This document shows, piece by piece, positions 1 to 10,000 of a DNA stretch of 64,000 nucleotides. The notes beneath the pieces were generated by a model. The model searched no databases. It had not been told where the DNA came from and worked only from the letters and a program-made list of their open reading frames with translations. The stretch is from Terriglobia bacterium (GTDB lineage Bacteria; Acidobacteriota; Terriglobia; JAJPHL01; JAPKYU01). The stretch lies in NCBI GenBank assembly GCA_965206645.1, contig CBDBKE010000002.1, positions 128,001-192,000 on the forward strand. Reading direction: 5' to 3'. The position numbers and the translations under genes were made by a program. Position 1 is the first letter of the stretch. The number at the start of each line of letters is the position of its first letter.

Positions 1-1
1 C

Positions 2-2707
2 GCGAGCGGTTTCACCAATCCAAAGGCCCCGAAGCGGCGCTGGAACGAGTTTGGATTTAGTGCGGGCGGCCCTGTCATCAAGGATCGGCTCTTCAGCTTT
101 GTCAATGTCAACTGGTTCCGACGCAGTGATGAGGGAGGGAGCGACTTTCTTTCGGTGCCGACTGCCGCCGTCAAGAGCGGCGATCTTTCTTCGCTGCTGG
201 GTGCTGAGGTCGCGCCTGGCCTCCGGGCGAACCAGCTCTTTGATCCGGCAACCACCCGCGACGACGGGCTAGGCGGGTTCACGCGCGACCCGTTCCCGGG
301 AAACATCATCCCATCGGACCGGATCAGTCAAGTATCGAAGAACATCAACGGCTTTCTCGCCGCTCCGACAAGCGCCGGCGACTTCAATAATTATCTGTCT
401 ACAAGCGCGCCGAAGGCTAAGAACCTCAAATGGACCACGCGAACAGATTTCCGGATTACTGATCGGCAGAATTTCTTCATCATGATCAACTACCATCCCA
501 ACCCCAGGTTATCCCTGCATGCCCTCCCCTTCCCGCACGGCCAGACGACGCGGGGGGGTCTCAACGAGGGCCACTTCCGCGCTGCCTGGGACATCATGAT
601 CACGCCGACGGTGACCAATCGTTTTTCGGGCGGCTACAATCGGCAGTTTGAATCGTACCAGGTCCGGGGCCATGGCGATGGGTGGGCCGACAGGCTGGGG
701 TTCCCGACCCGGGGCCCACAGAGTCAGGCGCCCTTCACCGGCATCCATGACGGCGCGTTCCCCGACATTAGATTCAGCTCCTATACTCAGATTAGCGGCT
801 CGGGGGGTTCGATCGATACGCTGACCAAGTTCTTTCAGGACCTGTTCGTTTTTAACGACACCCTGACTGTGATTCGCGGCAAGCACAACATGAAGATCGG
901 TATGGACTACCGCAACAACCAGACGGATCAGTTTTCGGCTCCCACCAACGGCCGCTTCCAGTTCGCGCGGACCGAGACTGCGCATCCTGCGTTCCCGGGC
1001 CAAACGGGCTTTGATTTCGGGAGCTACCTGTTAGGCGACGTGGACAATGCTGGGCTGCTTGACCCGTCATTTACCAACGACCTGTCGCAAGCCCGGAGTT
1101 CAATTCTCGGACTGTTTTTCCAGGATGACATCAAGATCACCCCCACCCTCACTATGAACCTGGGTTTGAGATGGGATGCGTTCTTCCCGATGACGGAGAG
1201 GAATGATAACTGGTCGATCCTGGATCTCAACCTGCCCAATCCCGGCGCCGGCGGACGGCCTGGTGCGCTGATCTTTGCTGGTGATGGCGCGGGCCGCACC
1301 GGATCGAGTCGTATTCTCGGCGCGGACCAGGTGGAATACACCAACTTTGCTCCGCGCCTCGGCCTGGCCTGGAGGGTTGCGCCGAACACGGTAGTGCGTG
1401 TCGGATACGGGCTCAACTACTTTGGCACTCTGATCGACCAGGCTGGGAACATGCGGCGCTCGGGGTTAGGCTTTGAGGCCTCGCCCAGTCTCATATCGCC
1501 CGATAACGGCCTCACGGCGGCCTTCAACTGGGGTGCTGTGGGGTTTCCAAACTATTTACGGCCTCCGCTTATCGATCCGGCCTTCGCCAATGGCAGCCGC
1601 GCCTGGGAGTTCCACGAGACCCACCGTAAGCCCTACAGGCAGGAATGGACCTTCAATATTCAGCATCAGTTGCCCGGCAACTGGCTCATTGACCTCGCCT
1701 ATGTGGCCAACAAGGGAACCCGGCTGAACAGCGGGATGTTTGCTCAAAACCAGCTCAATCCGAGCTTCCTCGGGCTGGGTCCCCTGCTCGGCCGGAACTT
1801 TGCAGACGACGCTCCTCTTCTGGCGGCGGAGGGCTTCTCGCCTCCCTACGCAGGATTCACGGGCACCCTGGGCCAGTCCTTGCGGCCCTACCCACAGTAC
1901 AACATTGTCGGGACCGTTGGGGATATCGGAGGGGACAATTTTGACGCGGTCGGCATCGGAAACTCAACCTTCCACTCGTTCCAGGCGAAGGTCGAGAGAC
2001 GGCTCACGCGGGGTCTATACCTGCTGAGTTCGTTCCGCTGGCAAAAGCACATAACCGACTCGGATTCGAATTGGGGCGCGTTCTTTTCGCCATCGGCGCG
2101 GGACCACTATAACCGGCAACTGGAAAAGGCGCTTTCGCCTTCCGATCTTACGGCGCGATTTGTCGCAGGGTTCATGTATGAATTGCCGTTCGGTCCCGGA
2201 AAGCTGCTAGGCGGCGGGACGACCGGGGCGACGGCCAAGATACTAGGCGGCTGGCAGATCACCGGGATTATCAACTACCAGTCGGGAAATCCGCTCTCGG
2301 TGCTCGCGCCCAACACCGTGGGCCTGTTTACTCGCCGCGCCCTTCCCAACGTGGTGCCGGGAGCGAATCCGGTGGCAGGGTCCACCAGCGATTTCGAAAT
2401 CGGAGTCACCTCATACCTCAACCGAAGTGCTTTTGACCTTCCCGCGCCGAATACCTTCGGCGACGCGCCTTCGATCCTGAGCAACGGTAGGCATTTCTCG
2501 TTCTACAACGAGAACATCGGGCTGATCAAGCGAACCAATATCACGGAAAGCGTGAATATCGAATGGCGGCTTGAGTTCTTCAACGTCCTCAACCGGGTGC
2601 GGTTCGGCGGTCCGGCCGTCAATGTGGCCAATCCTAACTTTGGCCTAGTTGGCGGCTTGGGACTGCAACCTCGCGTTGGACAGATGGGGCTGAAGATCAA
2701 CTTCTAA
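2..2707 (+). CDS. TonB-dependent outer-membrane receptor (Oar/Acidobacteria type), 5'-truncated by window edge
   Basis: Frame is open from base 2 (NEFGFSAGGPVIKDRLF). It has the motifs FFQDDIKITPTLTMNLGLRWD, NFAPRLGLAW and EFFNVLN, and a C-terminal beta-signal Phe (LKINF). Confidence 0.93.
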   Translation, partial: ASGFTNPKAPKRRWNEFGFSAGGPVIKDRLFSFVNVNWFRRSDEGGSDFLSVPTAAVKSGDLSSLLGAEVAPGLRANQLFDPATTRDDGLGGFTRDPFPGNIIPSDRISQVSKNINGFLAAPTSAGDFNNYLSTSAPKAKNLKWTTRTDFRITDRQNFFIMINYHPNPRLSLHALPFPHGQTTRGGLNEGHFRAAWDIMITPTVTNRFSGGYNRQFESYQVRGHGDGWADRLGFPTRGPQSQAPFTGIHDGAFPDIRFSSYTQISGSGGSIDTLTKFFQDLFVFNDTLTVIRGKHNMKIGMDYRNNQTDQFSAPTNGRFQFARTETAHPAFPGQTGFDFGSYLLGDVDNAGLLDPSFTNDLSQARSSILGLFFQDDIKITPTLTMNLGLRWDAFFPMTERNDNWSILDLNLPNPGAGGRPGALIFAGDGAGRTGSSRILGADQVEYTNFAPRLGLAWRVAPNTVVRVGYGLNYFGTLIDQAGNMRRSGLGFEASPSLISPDNGLTAAFNWGAVGFPNYLRPPLIDPAFANGSRAWEFHETHRKPYRQEWTFNIQHQLPGNWLIDLAYVANKGTRLNSGMFAQNQLNPSFLGLGPLLGRNFADDAPLLAAEGFSPPYAGFTGTLGQSLRPYPQYNIVGTVGDIGGDNFDAVGIGNSTFHSFQAKVERRLTRGLYLLSSFRWQKHITDSDSNWGAFFSPSARDHYNRQLEKALSPSDLTARFVAGFMYELPFGPGKLLGGGTTGATAKILGGWQITGIINYQSGNPLSVLAPNTVGLFTRRALPNVVPGANPVAGSTSDFEIGVTSYLNRSAFDLPAPNTFGDAPSILSNGRHFSFYNENIGLIKRTNITESVNIEWRLEFFNVLNRVRFGGPAVNVANPNFGLVGGLGLQPRVGQMGLKINF

Positions 2708-2727
2708 GCTCCTATCCACACACAAGG

Positions 2728-2766
2728 TCCGCCTCCAGACGCAAGTCTGGAGGCGGATTTGCTTTT
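2728..2766 (+). terminator. Rho-independent terminator after the TonB receptor gene
   Basis: 13-bp perfect stem TCCGCCTCCAGAC-gcaa-GTCTGGAGGCGGA followed by TTTGCTTTT. Confidence 0.85.
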
Positions 2767-3178
2767 GGGGCGGGAGATCCTTCCCCGTTCTCCCCATAAC
2801 CAACCGAATGCAAGTTGCTTACATAGAATGACTTGCGCGCATTCAGGCAGGCCGCACTCCGTTCGCTGTTCCCACGTCTCGGGTCTCCCGCCGAGAATAG
2901 GTGTTTCGGGTGAGGCGCGGTGTTCCTATCACTCCCAGGGAAAACCCCAAGCTCTATAAACCAAGAGCACTTGACAACCGGGTGGCCTGGGACCGAGTAT
3001 CGCTTCAACACAATCCCTGCCAAAGGAGCTTCTCATACAACAGATAAAATCGTTCGGCATCCTGCAGACGGCGAAGGTTTCAGGTGTTATGTACCTGATT
3101 TTCTCAGCCGTATTCGCGATTCCATTCGCCGTGATTGGTGCCCTGGGGGTGACCTGCCGGCTTTCTTCGGACCACCGA

Positions 3179-4108
3179 TTACTGGAGAACAGCGCCAGTC
3201 GGCATGGTTAAGTCGCTCTCGTGTTCTTCTTGGTCAGCGTGAGCCGGCATCGCCGGCGAGCGCCCACCGTCATCCGAGCCAGCACGGAGCTGCGCTTTGA
3301 ACTCGGCTGGCGTCAGATAGCCAAGGCTCGAGTGCGGTCGCACGTCGTTGTAGTGCCGTCGCCATTGCTCGATCCCCACCTTCGCGTCCACGCGGTTCCG
3401 AAACCACTGCAGGCTCAGATACTCGTCGCGGAACTTCCCGTTGAACGATTCGTCGGTCGCATTCTGCCACGGCTTGCCCGGCTCGATGAGCGCGGTTTCG
3501 ATCTGCGCCTGGAGCAGCCACCGGAGAATCGCACCCGCGACAAACTCGGGGCCGTTGTCGGACCGGAGGTAACGTGGGGCTCCGTGGACGCTCACGAGCT
3601 GCGTGAGCACCTCGATAACGCGCCCGGACCGAATGCCGCCGGCCACGTCGATCGCGAGTGACTCGCGGGTCCATTCGTCGACGACGGTGAGGCACTTGAG
3701 CGTCTGCCCATTCGCGCAGGTGTCGAACACGAAGTCGTACGCCCAGACGTGATTGACCGCAGTGGCGGGCACCGGGCGGGGCCGGCTCAGGGCGACCCGG
3801 CGCCGCGGCCGCCGCCGAGGCACCTGCAACCCCGCCTGGCGCCAGAGGCGATGGGTCCGGTCCGTGCTCATCGTGTGCCCTTCGCGTTTTAGGAAAATCC
3901 GAATCCGGCGATAGCCGTACCGCGGATACTGCGCCGCCAGACGACGCATCGCGGCCAGCGCCGGGGCATCCCGGTCGACCAGCCGCGACTGGTAGCCCAG
4001 CGTGGACCGTGCGACGGAGAGCAAGGCGCACGCGCGGCGACCCGACAGACCGCGTGCACGTGCATACGCGACCTGCGGCCGGCGCACGCGTGCGCCTACC
4101 ATTTTTTT
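3179..4108 (-). CDS. IS3 transposase OrfB (rve/DDE), joined to OrfA by a -1 frameshift
   Basis: YGYRRI, WAYDF, SDNGPEF, PWQN and ESFN motifs; A7 slippery run at 4102-4108. Confidence 0.92.
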   Translation of the reverse strand, partial: KKMVGARVRRPQVAYARARGLSGRRACALLSVARSTLGYQSRLVDRDAPALAAMRRLAAQYPRYGYRRIRIFLKREGHTMSTDRTHRLWRQAGLQVPRRRPRRRVALSRPRPVPATAVNHVWAYDFVFDTCANGQTLKCLTVVDEWTRESLAIDVAGGIRSGRVIEVLTQLVSVHGAPRYLRSDNGPEFVAGAILRWLLQAQIETALIEPGKPWQNATDESFNGKFRDEYLSLQWFRNRVDAKVGIEQWRRHYNDVRPHSSLGYLTPAEFKAQLRAGSDDGGRSPAMPAHADQEEHESDLTMPTGAVLQ

Positions 4109-4359
4109 CGGGTGATCTCCTTGAGCACGTCGATCTCCAGATCTCGATCGGCCACCATCTTTTTCAGCCGGCCGTTCTCCTGCTCGAGCTGCCGCAGCCG
4201 CTTCACATCGGCGGGCTCCAACGTGCCGAAGTGTTTCCGCCAGGCGTAGAGCGTCTGGGCGCTGACGCCGTTCTTTTTGGCCACCTCCGGAACGGGCCGC
4301 TGATCGGCCTCGCGGAGGATCGTCACCATCTGCTCTTCGGTAAACCGGGTCTTCTTCAT
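4096..4359 (-). CDS. IS3 transposase OrfA (HTH)
   Basis: MKKTRFTEEQMVTILREA...LYAWRK...RLRQLEQENGRLKK, a typical OrfA. Confidence 0.93.
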   Translation of the reverse strand: MKKTRFTEEQMVTILREADQRPVPEVAKKNGVSAQTLYAWRKHFGTLEPADVKRLRQLEQENGRLKKMVADRDLEIDVLKEITRKKW

Positions 4360-4713
4360 GGCTCCCTCGTTTCTCCGAGGGCGCCATTCTCTCAGGCTTC
4401 AGCTGGTCCGGAAATCGCCAGGCAGGTCAGGGGCAGTACTGTCAGGGAAGCCCGAGGGTCTACTTATGCTGTTATTGATTTTCCTTCCTCTTCTCTACGC
4501 GGTTATGGGTGCCGTTTTTGCGGCGTTAGGCTGTTTGGTTTACAACTTGGTTGCTGCGAAGATAGGTGGGGTCGAAGTCGAGCTGCAATAGCTCCTCATT
4601 TGCGTTTTCACATTTCAAAGCTTGTTCATGCTGTCCAAACTCATCCTCGGGATCCGGAAAATCGCCAAATTGGTTGGCCGAATTGGCTGATTGTAGCTCC
4701 AATGTCTCACCCG

Positions 4714-5598
4714 TTATTGCACGTCCTCCATCAGCCGCCGTAAATAAGTGACATTATGCTGCACGGCAGTGCGAGGATCGTCCTCCCCTTGGTACTCGAT
4801 CATCAAGTGCCCAGCGTACCGCATGCGATTCAGTTCAGCCAAGATCGGACGGAGCTCCACCTCTCCACCATCAAGAACAGTGTCGATGTAGCGCTGGCCG
4901 CTGTCGGAATCCTTGTACCGCTCTGCCTGCTCGCCAGGGGCGAGAGCCCGGTTGTTCCTGAGGTGAACATGTGCCAAGTAAGGGCCCACTTCAAGAAGCG
5001 CATCCTGCGGGTTCTCGTCAACGAACGTGGTCGCAGCGATATCGTAGATGAGTCGGAATGCAGGAGAATCGACTTGCGCGCAGATCTCACGGCACTGAGA
5101 ACCTCGGCCCATCAGGGGACGACCCCAATCGTCGTCCAGGTTTTCGATGGCGAGCATCACGCCCAGCGACTTGGCATGGCTAGCGCATTCACGAAGCCCC
5201 TCGACCAGCCAGCTACGTTGTTCCTGCAGCGGGACGTTTTCCTTGACCGAACCCGGTATGATCATCGCAAGCGAAGCACCCAGTTCCGCGGTCCGATCCA
5301 GTAGGGAAAAAGCAGTGCCGAGCGCAGCCTTACGGTCCCTCGACGGCAGGACCAGATCAACCAGGAAGATATAGCAGATGATAGGTAAACCAGAGTCGGC
5401 GGCGAGGGCCTTTACATACGTAGGCGAGCAGTTCTCCCAGTAAAAGTGCGTGAGGTCGAGACCATCTACGCCTAAAGTTCCATAGAACCGAACGATCTCT
5501 TCGGGGGTGAGGCAGCCTGCCCTGGCTCTCGGTTCCTGAAAACACTCTTTGAAAGCCCAATCCGCGTTGTAATCCGTCACCGAAATACGGTTACGCAT
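4714..5598 (-). CDS. Sugar phosphate isomerase/epimerase (AP endonuclease 2 TIM barrel)
   Basis: LAIEN, YDIA, HVHLRN and IEY metal-binding pattern. Confidence 0.85.
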   Translation of the reverse strand: MRNRISVTDYNADWAFKECFQEPRARAGCLTPEEIVRFYGTLGVDGLDLTHFYWENCSPTYVKALAADSGLPIICYIFLVDLVLPSRDRKAALGTAFSLLDRTAELGASLAMIIPGSVKENVPLQEQRSWLVEGLRECASHAKSLGVMLAIENLDDDWGRPLMGRGSQCREICAQVDSPAFRLIYDIAATTFVDENPQDALLEVGPYLAHVHLRNNRALAPGEQAERYKDSDSGQRYIDTVLDGGEVELRPILAELNRMRYAGHLMIEYQGEDDPRTAVQHNVTYLRRLMEDVQ

Positions 5599-5614
5599 GG
5601 CGCCGCGAACTGGT

Positions 5615-7060
5615 TTAGCTCAGAATCTCGCGGATCACGCGGCCGTGCACATCCGTGAGGCTGACATCGCGGCCGCCGAAACGGTAGATGAGTCGCTCGT
5701 GATCAAGACCGAGTAAGTGAAGGATGGTGGCATGCGCGTCCTGGACGGCCGTGATTTTCTCGACCGCGTGCATCCCGGTCTCATCAGTGGCGCCATGGAT
5801 GACGCCTCCCTTGACGCCGCCACCTGCCATCCAGATTGTGAAGCCGGTCTCGTGGTGGTCGCGGCCATGGCCGTTGCCAGTATGAGGAGTGCGCCCGAAC
5901 TCGGTTGCCCAGACGACCAGCGTCTCCTGCAGCATGCCTCTCGCCTTCAGATCCTTCAGCAGTGCCGCCACGCTCTGATCGGTCATGAGAGCATTGCCCT
6001 CATGCCCTTTCTTCAGTTCACTGTGCTGATCCCACGTCCCGTTGTTACCGCCATAAGCTTCAGGGCAGGTGATTTCCACAAAGCGGACGCCGGCTTCGAT
6101 GAGCCTGCGGGCCCGAAGGCACTGCAACCCGTAGAATCGCTTATTCTTGTCTGAAGCGTCGAGTCCGTAGAGGCGCCTGGTCGCCTCGCTCTCTTTGTCG
6201 AGGTTCAGAACATCGGGAACGAGCGACTGCATCCGGTAGGCCAGCTCGTAATTTCGGATGGCGGAATCGATGGCGTCATCGGAGCCGATGGAAGCAAGGA
6301 ACTGGCGATCCTGCTGGCGCACGGCATCCAGCTTGGTCCGTTGCACCTTGGGTTCCTTGTCAGCCGGCTCCAGGTTTTCGACCGGTGTGCCCTCGGCCTG
6401 CATGGGCATCGCCTGGTACGAAGCAGGCAAGAAGCCATTGGAGAAGTTCTCGAGTCCTCCAGGGGGAACCGCGCCCCCGTGCAGCAAAACGTAGCCGGGG
6501 AGGTTCTCGTTCTCGCTTCCCAACGCATAGCTGACCCAAGAGCCAAGGCTTGGATACCCACCTACAGTGCGCCCGGTGTGCATGAGCAGATTGCCACGAG
6601 GATGGAGGGGGAAGCCCGAGACCATGGAGCGGATGATGGCGAGATCATCGACGCAGGTGGCAAGGTGGGGAAACAAATCGCTGACGGGGATCCCGGCCTG
6701 GCCATACTGACTGAATTTCCAGGGGCTCTTCATCCACTTGCGATCCGTCTCCCTCTTGGCTCCAGGCTGGAAGACGCCGTCGAACAGCTTCCCGTCCAGT
6801 TCCGCCAGCTTCGGCTTGGGATCGAACGTGTCGACATGCGAGACCGCGCCAGGCATGTACAAGAAGACGATGTTTTTGGCCTTGGGCGCGAAGTGTGGCC
6901 CCTTGTGATTGGCGAGACCCGCATAGGTCTCGTCAGCCATCAGGGCCGACAGCGCCAGCATGCCGAATCCGTTCGAGGCGACTTTCAGGGCGTCCCTGCG
7001 CGTGAGTGGAGTTCGGAGGCATCCGGGGCACCCGCTATGGTTGTTCTTCTTCTTAGCCAT
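5615..7060 (-). CDS. DUF1501 sulfatase-like protein with Tat signal
   Basis: TRRDALK Tat motif; SHVDTFDPKP, PSLGSWVSY, WDQH, TEFGRTP and GRDHH motifs. Confidence 0.92.
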   Translation of the reverse strand: MAKKKNNHSGCPGCLRTPLTRRDALKVASNGFGMLALSALMADETYAGLANHKGPHFAPKAKNIVFLYMPGAVSHVDTFDPKPKLAELDGKLFDGVFQPGAKRETDRKWMKSPWKFSQYGQAGIPVSDLFPHLATCVDDLAIIRSMVSGFPLHPRGNLLMHTGRTVGGYPSLGSWVSYALGSENENLPGYVLLHGGAVPPGGLENFSNGFLPASYQAMPMQAEGTPVENLEPADKEPKVQRTKLDAVRQQDRQFLASIGSDDAIDSAIRNYELAYRMQSLVPDVLNLDKESEATRRLYGLDASDKNKRFYGLQCLRARRLIEAGVRFVEITCPEAYGGNNGTWDQHSELKKGHEGNALMTDQSVAALLKDLKARGMLQETLVVWATEFGRTPHTGNGHGRDHHETGFTIWMAGGGVKGGVIHGATDETGMHAVEKITAVQDAHATILHLLGLDHERLIYRFGGRDVSLTDVHGRVIREILS

Positions 7061-7077
7061 TGCGGCTCCTGCCTTAT

Positions 7078-10000
7078 CTACCGAGTATACAGGAATTCCT
7101 TCAAGTTAAATACTGTATGAGCCACGTCCTTCCAGACGTCCCGGTTCTCAAGCACCTTATCTTCCTCCACTTTACGTTGGCTTGCCAGCTCTTTGGCCAG
7201 CTCACGAAATCTCTCGGCTTCAGCAGCGTCCGGAAGTCGGCATAACGCGGTGCGAAACATTGCCTCGATGCGTCCTTCGATGGATGCGGTCTGGACCAGG
7301 AGGCGGTCCGCCCAGACACCCGCCTGGTCGACCACGAAGGGATCGTTCATCAGCGCAAGGGCCTGTGGTGGGACGTTGGTCACGTCGCGGGTCCCTCGCG
7401 TTACCGTGGGATTGGGAAAGTCGAAAATTTCAAGGAAACGCGCGCCCTCGTGGCGGGTCACTTTCAAGTAAATGCTGCGCCGGCCATTGCCATCGAGAGG
7501 ACCCTGGTGGAGTTTGCGGTAGTCTTTGGGCTGCTCGCGGTGGGGGTGAGTGCTCGGCCCATAGAGGGTGCGGTCGAGGCGACTTGAAACGGTGAGGATG
7601 GCGTCCCGGATGGATTCTGCTTCGAGGCGGCGTACCGGGTAGCGGGACAGCAGCCGGTTTAACGGATCCGCGACCATTGCTTCTGGAGAGTACCGGCTCG
7701 ATTGCCGAAAGCTCTTGGAAAGCACGAGGAAGCGGATCAGCTTCTTGACGGACCAGCCGTCGCGGACGAAGCGCACCGCCAAATCATCGAGCAGTTCGGG
7801 GTGCGATGGAGGCTCACCGTAAGTGCCGAAGTTGTCTGCTGTCGTTACGATCCCGCGCCCGAAGAGATGCTGCCAGATGCGGTTGACCAAGACGCGCGCC
7901 GTCAGAGGATTGTCAGGGCTGGCGATGAGTTCGGCCAGTTCACGCCGGCCGCTGCCAAACACCTTAAACCCGCCATTGGAGTTGCTGATGAGCTGAAGAA
8001 AGCCGCGCGCCACAGGCTTCCCAGGATGGCTGGCATCGCCACCGGGCAATACCGGAAAGTCGTACCCGGCGCCGAGGTCCGCCATGCCATGAAAGACGCG
8101 CGGCGGCGCAATGCGGGACTCGACGGCGCGGTACTCATCGATCAGAGTGCGGATCTGCGGGCTGAGGCCTTTCGAATTGGTAAGGAGTCGGTTTTGCAGC
8201 AGCCAGTTGATCCACTGGGCATCCTCGTCAGAGGCTTGGCCCTCGACCCATGCCGACAGCGCCTGGCGCGCGACGGCAGCGTAGCGCTGGGCGAGCGCGG
8301 CGAGGTCTGCCGGAGCCTCGCTCGCGAAGAACTGCTTCATATGGGTGAGTTCGTCCTTCGGCGTCTCGTCGACCTCATGCAGGACGGCGCCGGTGATGCC
8401 GAAGTAGGAGAACGGCGAGGCCACTTGCTCCGCCGAGGCCTTTAAGCGCTTGGGACGATCCGGGATGCGTGGGTTGTCCGGCTTGGTGACGAGCTCGATG
8501 TAGAAAGGTAGGGCTTTCTGCTCGTTGCGATTCGCGATCTTAACCCAACCTAGAGAATCCTGGTCCAGAACTTCGTAGGCCTCGCTGAGCATGCAATTGT
8601 CGAGGATGGTGCGGCGTGCGCCGAGCTTGCCACCTACGACCCGAATGCTCACGAACTTTTTGTCTTTGGGAACGAAGGGTGAGCGGAGAGCACCATTCAG
8701 ACGCTCCGAGAGCGCGTGCGTATAGACGCCGGCGGGGAAGACGCCGGTGACCGCTTTCGGCCCGCTGCTGGCCACGGCGAATTCGCCGCTCGGCGACAGA
8801 CCATCGGTCAACACGTTTCCATCAGCGTGCCAGCCTCCAAATCCACCGAGCCCGCCTCCAAATCCACCGAGATGGAAATCGCCGAAAGGCTGGAAGCTCT
8901 CGCGATTGAAAGAGGCGCGCGCGCGGCCCTCTTCAACGTAGCGAGCGGCCAGCTTCTGCCACTCGGCGAAGGGGTTGTCGGCCGTTGACTGCGCCACCTG
9001 AATCCAGGGATAGAGGGGGTCTTCCATCCCTGGCTTGGGTTTTTCAAGCAGACTTAGCCAGGCCTGAATCCTGTCCAGCGACAGCTCGCTGAGGTCCTCC
9101 ACTTCCGGGGGAAGGCCCTTCCATGCCCTGTGGGCGGCCAGCAGGTAGCGGGGCACCATTTCGGTTTCGAGGATCCACCGCCGGGCCAGCTCGGCGCGAA
9201 TGCTCGGCTTCATCTCCCGCAACCGCTGCTTGAGGGCGGTATGGACTTCGGGCAGGTCGGCCGTTCGCGTCACCAGACGCGAGCTGGTCAGCACTCCGTA
9301 AAGCGCATAGTAGTCGGTGGTGGGGATTGGGTCGAGCTTATGGTCATGGCAGCGCGCGCACGCGATGGTGAGTCCCTGGAACGCCTTGCCCAAAGTGTCG
9401 ATCTGATTGTCGACGACGTCCGTTCGGACCTCCCGGAAGGCCGTGCAGTCATCGTGGCCTTGCTCGCCAAGACGGAAGAAAGCCGTGCCGATCTCTGATT
9501 CGTTGATCCCTTCTTCTCGGTTGACACGCGGATTTTCGAGCAGGTCACCGGCGAAATGCTCACGGATGAACTGGTCGTAAGGGAGATCCTGGTTGAATGC
9601 CCGAATCAGGTAGTCGCGGTAAATCCATGCGCCGTGCAGTTCGTAGTTCCAGTCGTTGCCAAGGGTTTCGGCGAACCGCATTACATCCATCCAGTGACGG
9701 GCCCAGTGTTCGCCGAAATGAGGCGACGCCAGCAGGCGGTCGACCAGCCTCTGGTAGGCACCGGGAGACTGGTCGCGCTCGAACAGATCGACCTCTAGGG
9801 GAGAAGGAGGGAGCCCTGTTAAAACGAAACTCAAGCGCCGGATGAGCGTCCTCCGGTCGGCCGGTGGGGAAGGTTTTAGCCCTGCCTTTTCTAGTGCCGC
9901 CAGGATGAAGCGGTCTGCCGAATGGTCGGACCAATCGGACCAAGAGGTGTCCTTGACGAGCGGCGGCTTCGGTTCGCGCACCGGCTGAAAGGCCCAGTGC

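Larger units (their letters stand above)
3150..4429 (-). mobile_element. Complete IS3-family insertion sequence (IS407-group-like), 1280 bp
   Basis: TG...CA ends with imperfect inverted repeats TGACCTGCC...GGACCA, 4-bp GGGG target duplication (3146-3149 / 4430-4433), and orfA/orfB. Confidence 0.95.
3035..4591 (+). pseudogene. Small two-TM membrane protein (DUF3566-like) interrupted by IS3
   Basis: Removing the IS and one GGGG copy gives an in-frame 90-aa ORF (IQQIKSFGILQTAKVSGVMYLIFSAVFAIPFAVIGALG|AVLSGKPEG...YNLVAAKIGGVEVELQ). RBS AAGGAG at 3023-3028; the first codon is ATA. Confidence 0.8.
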
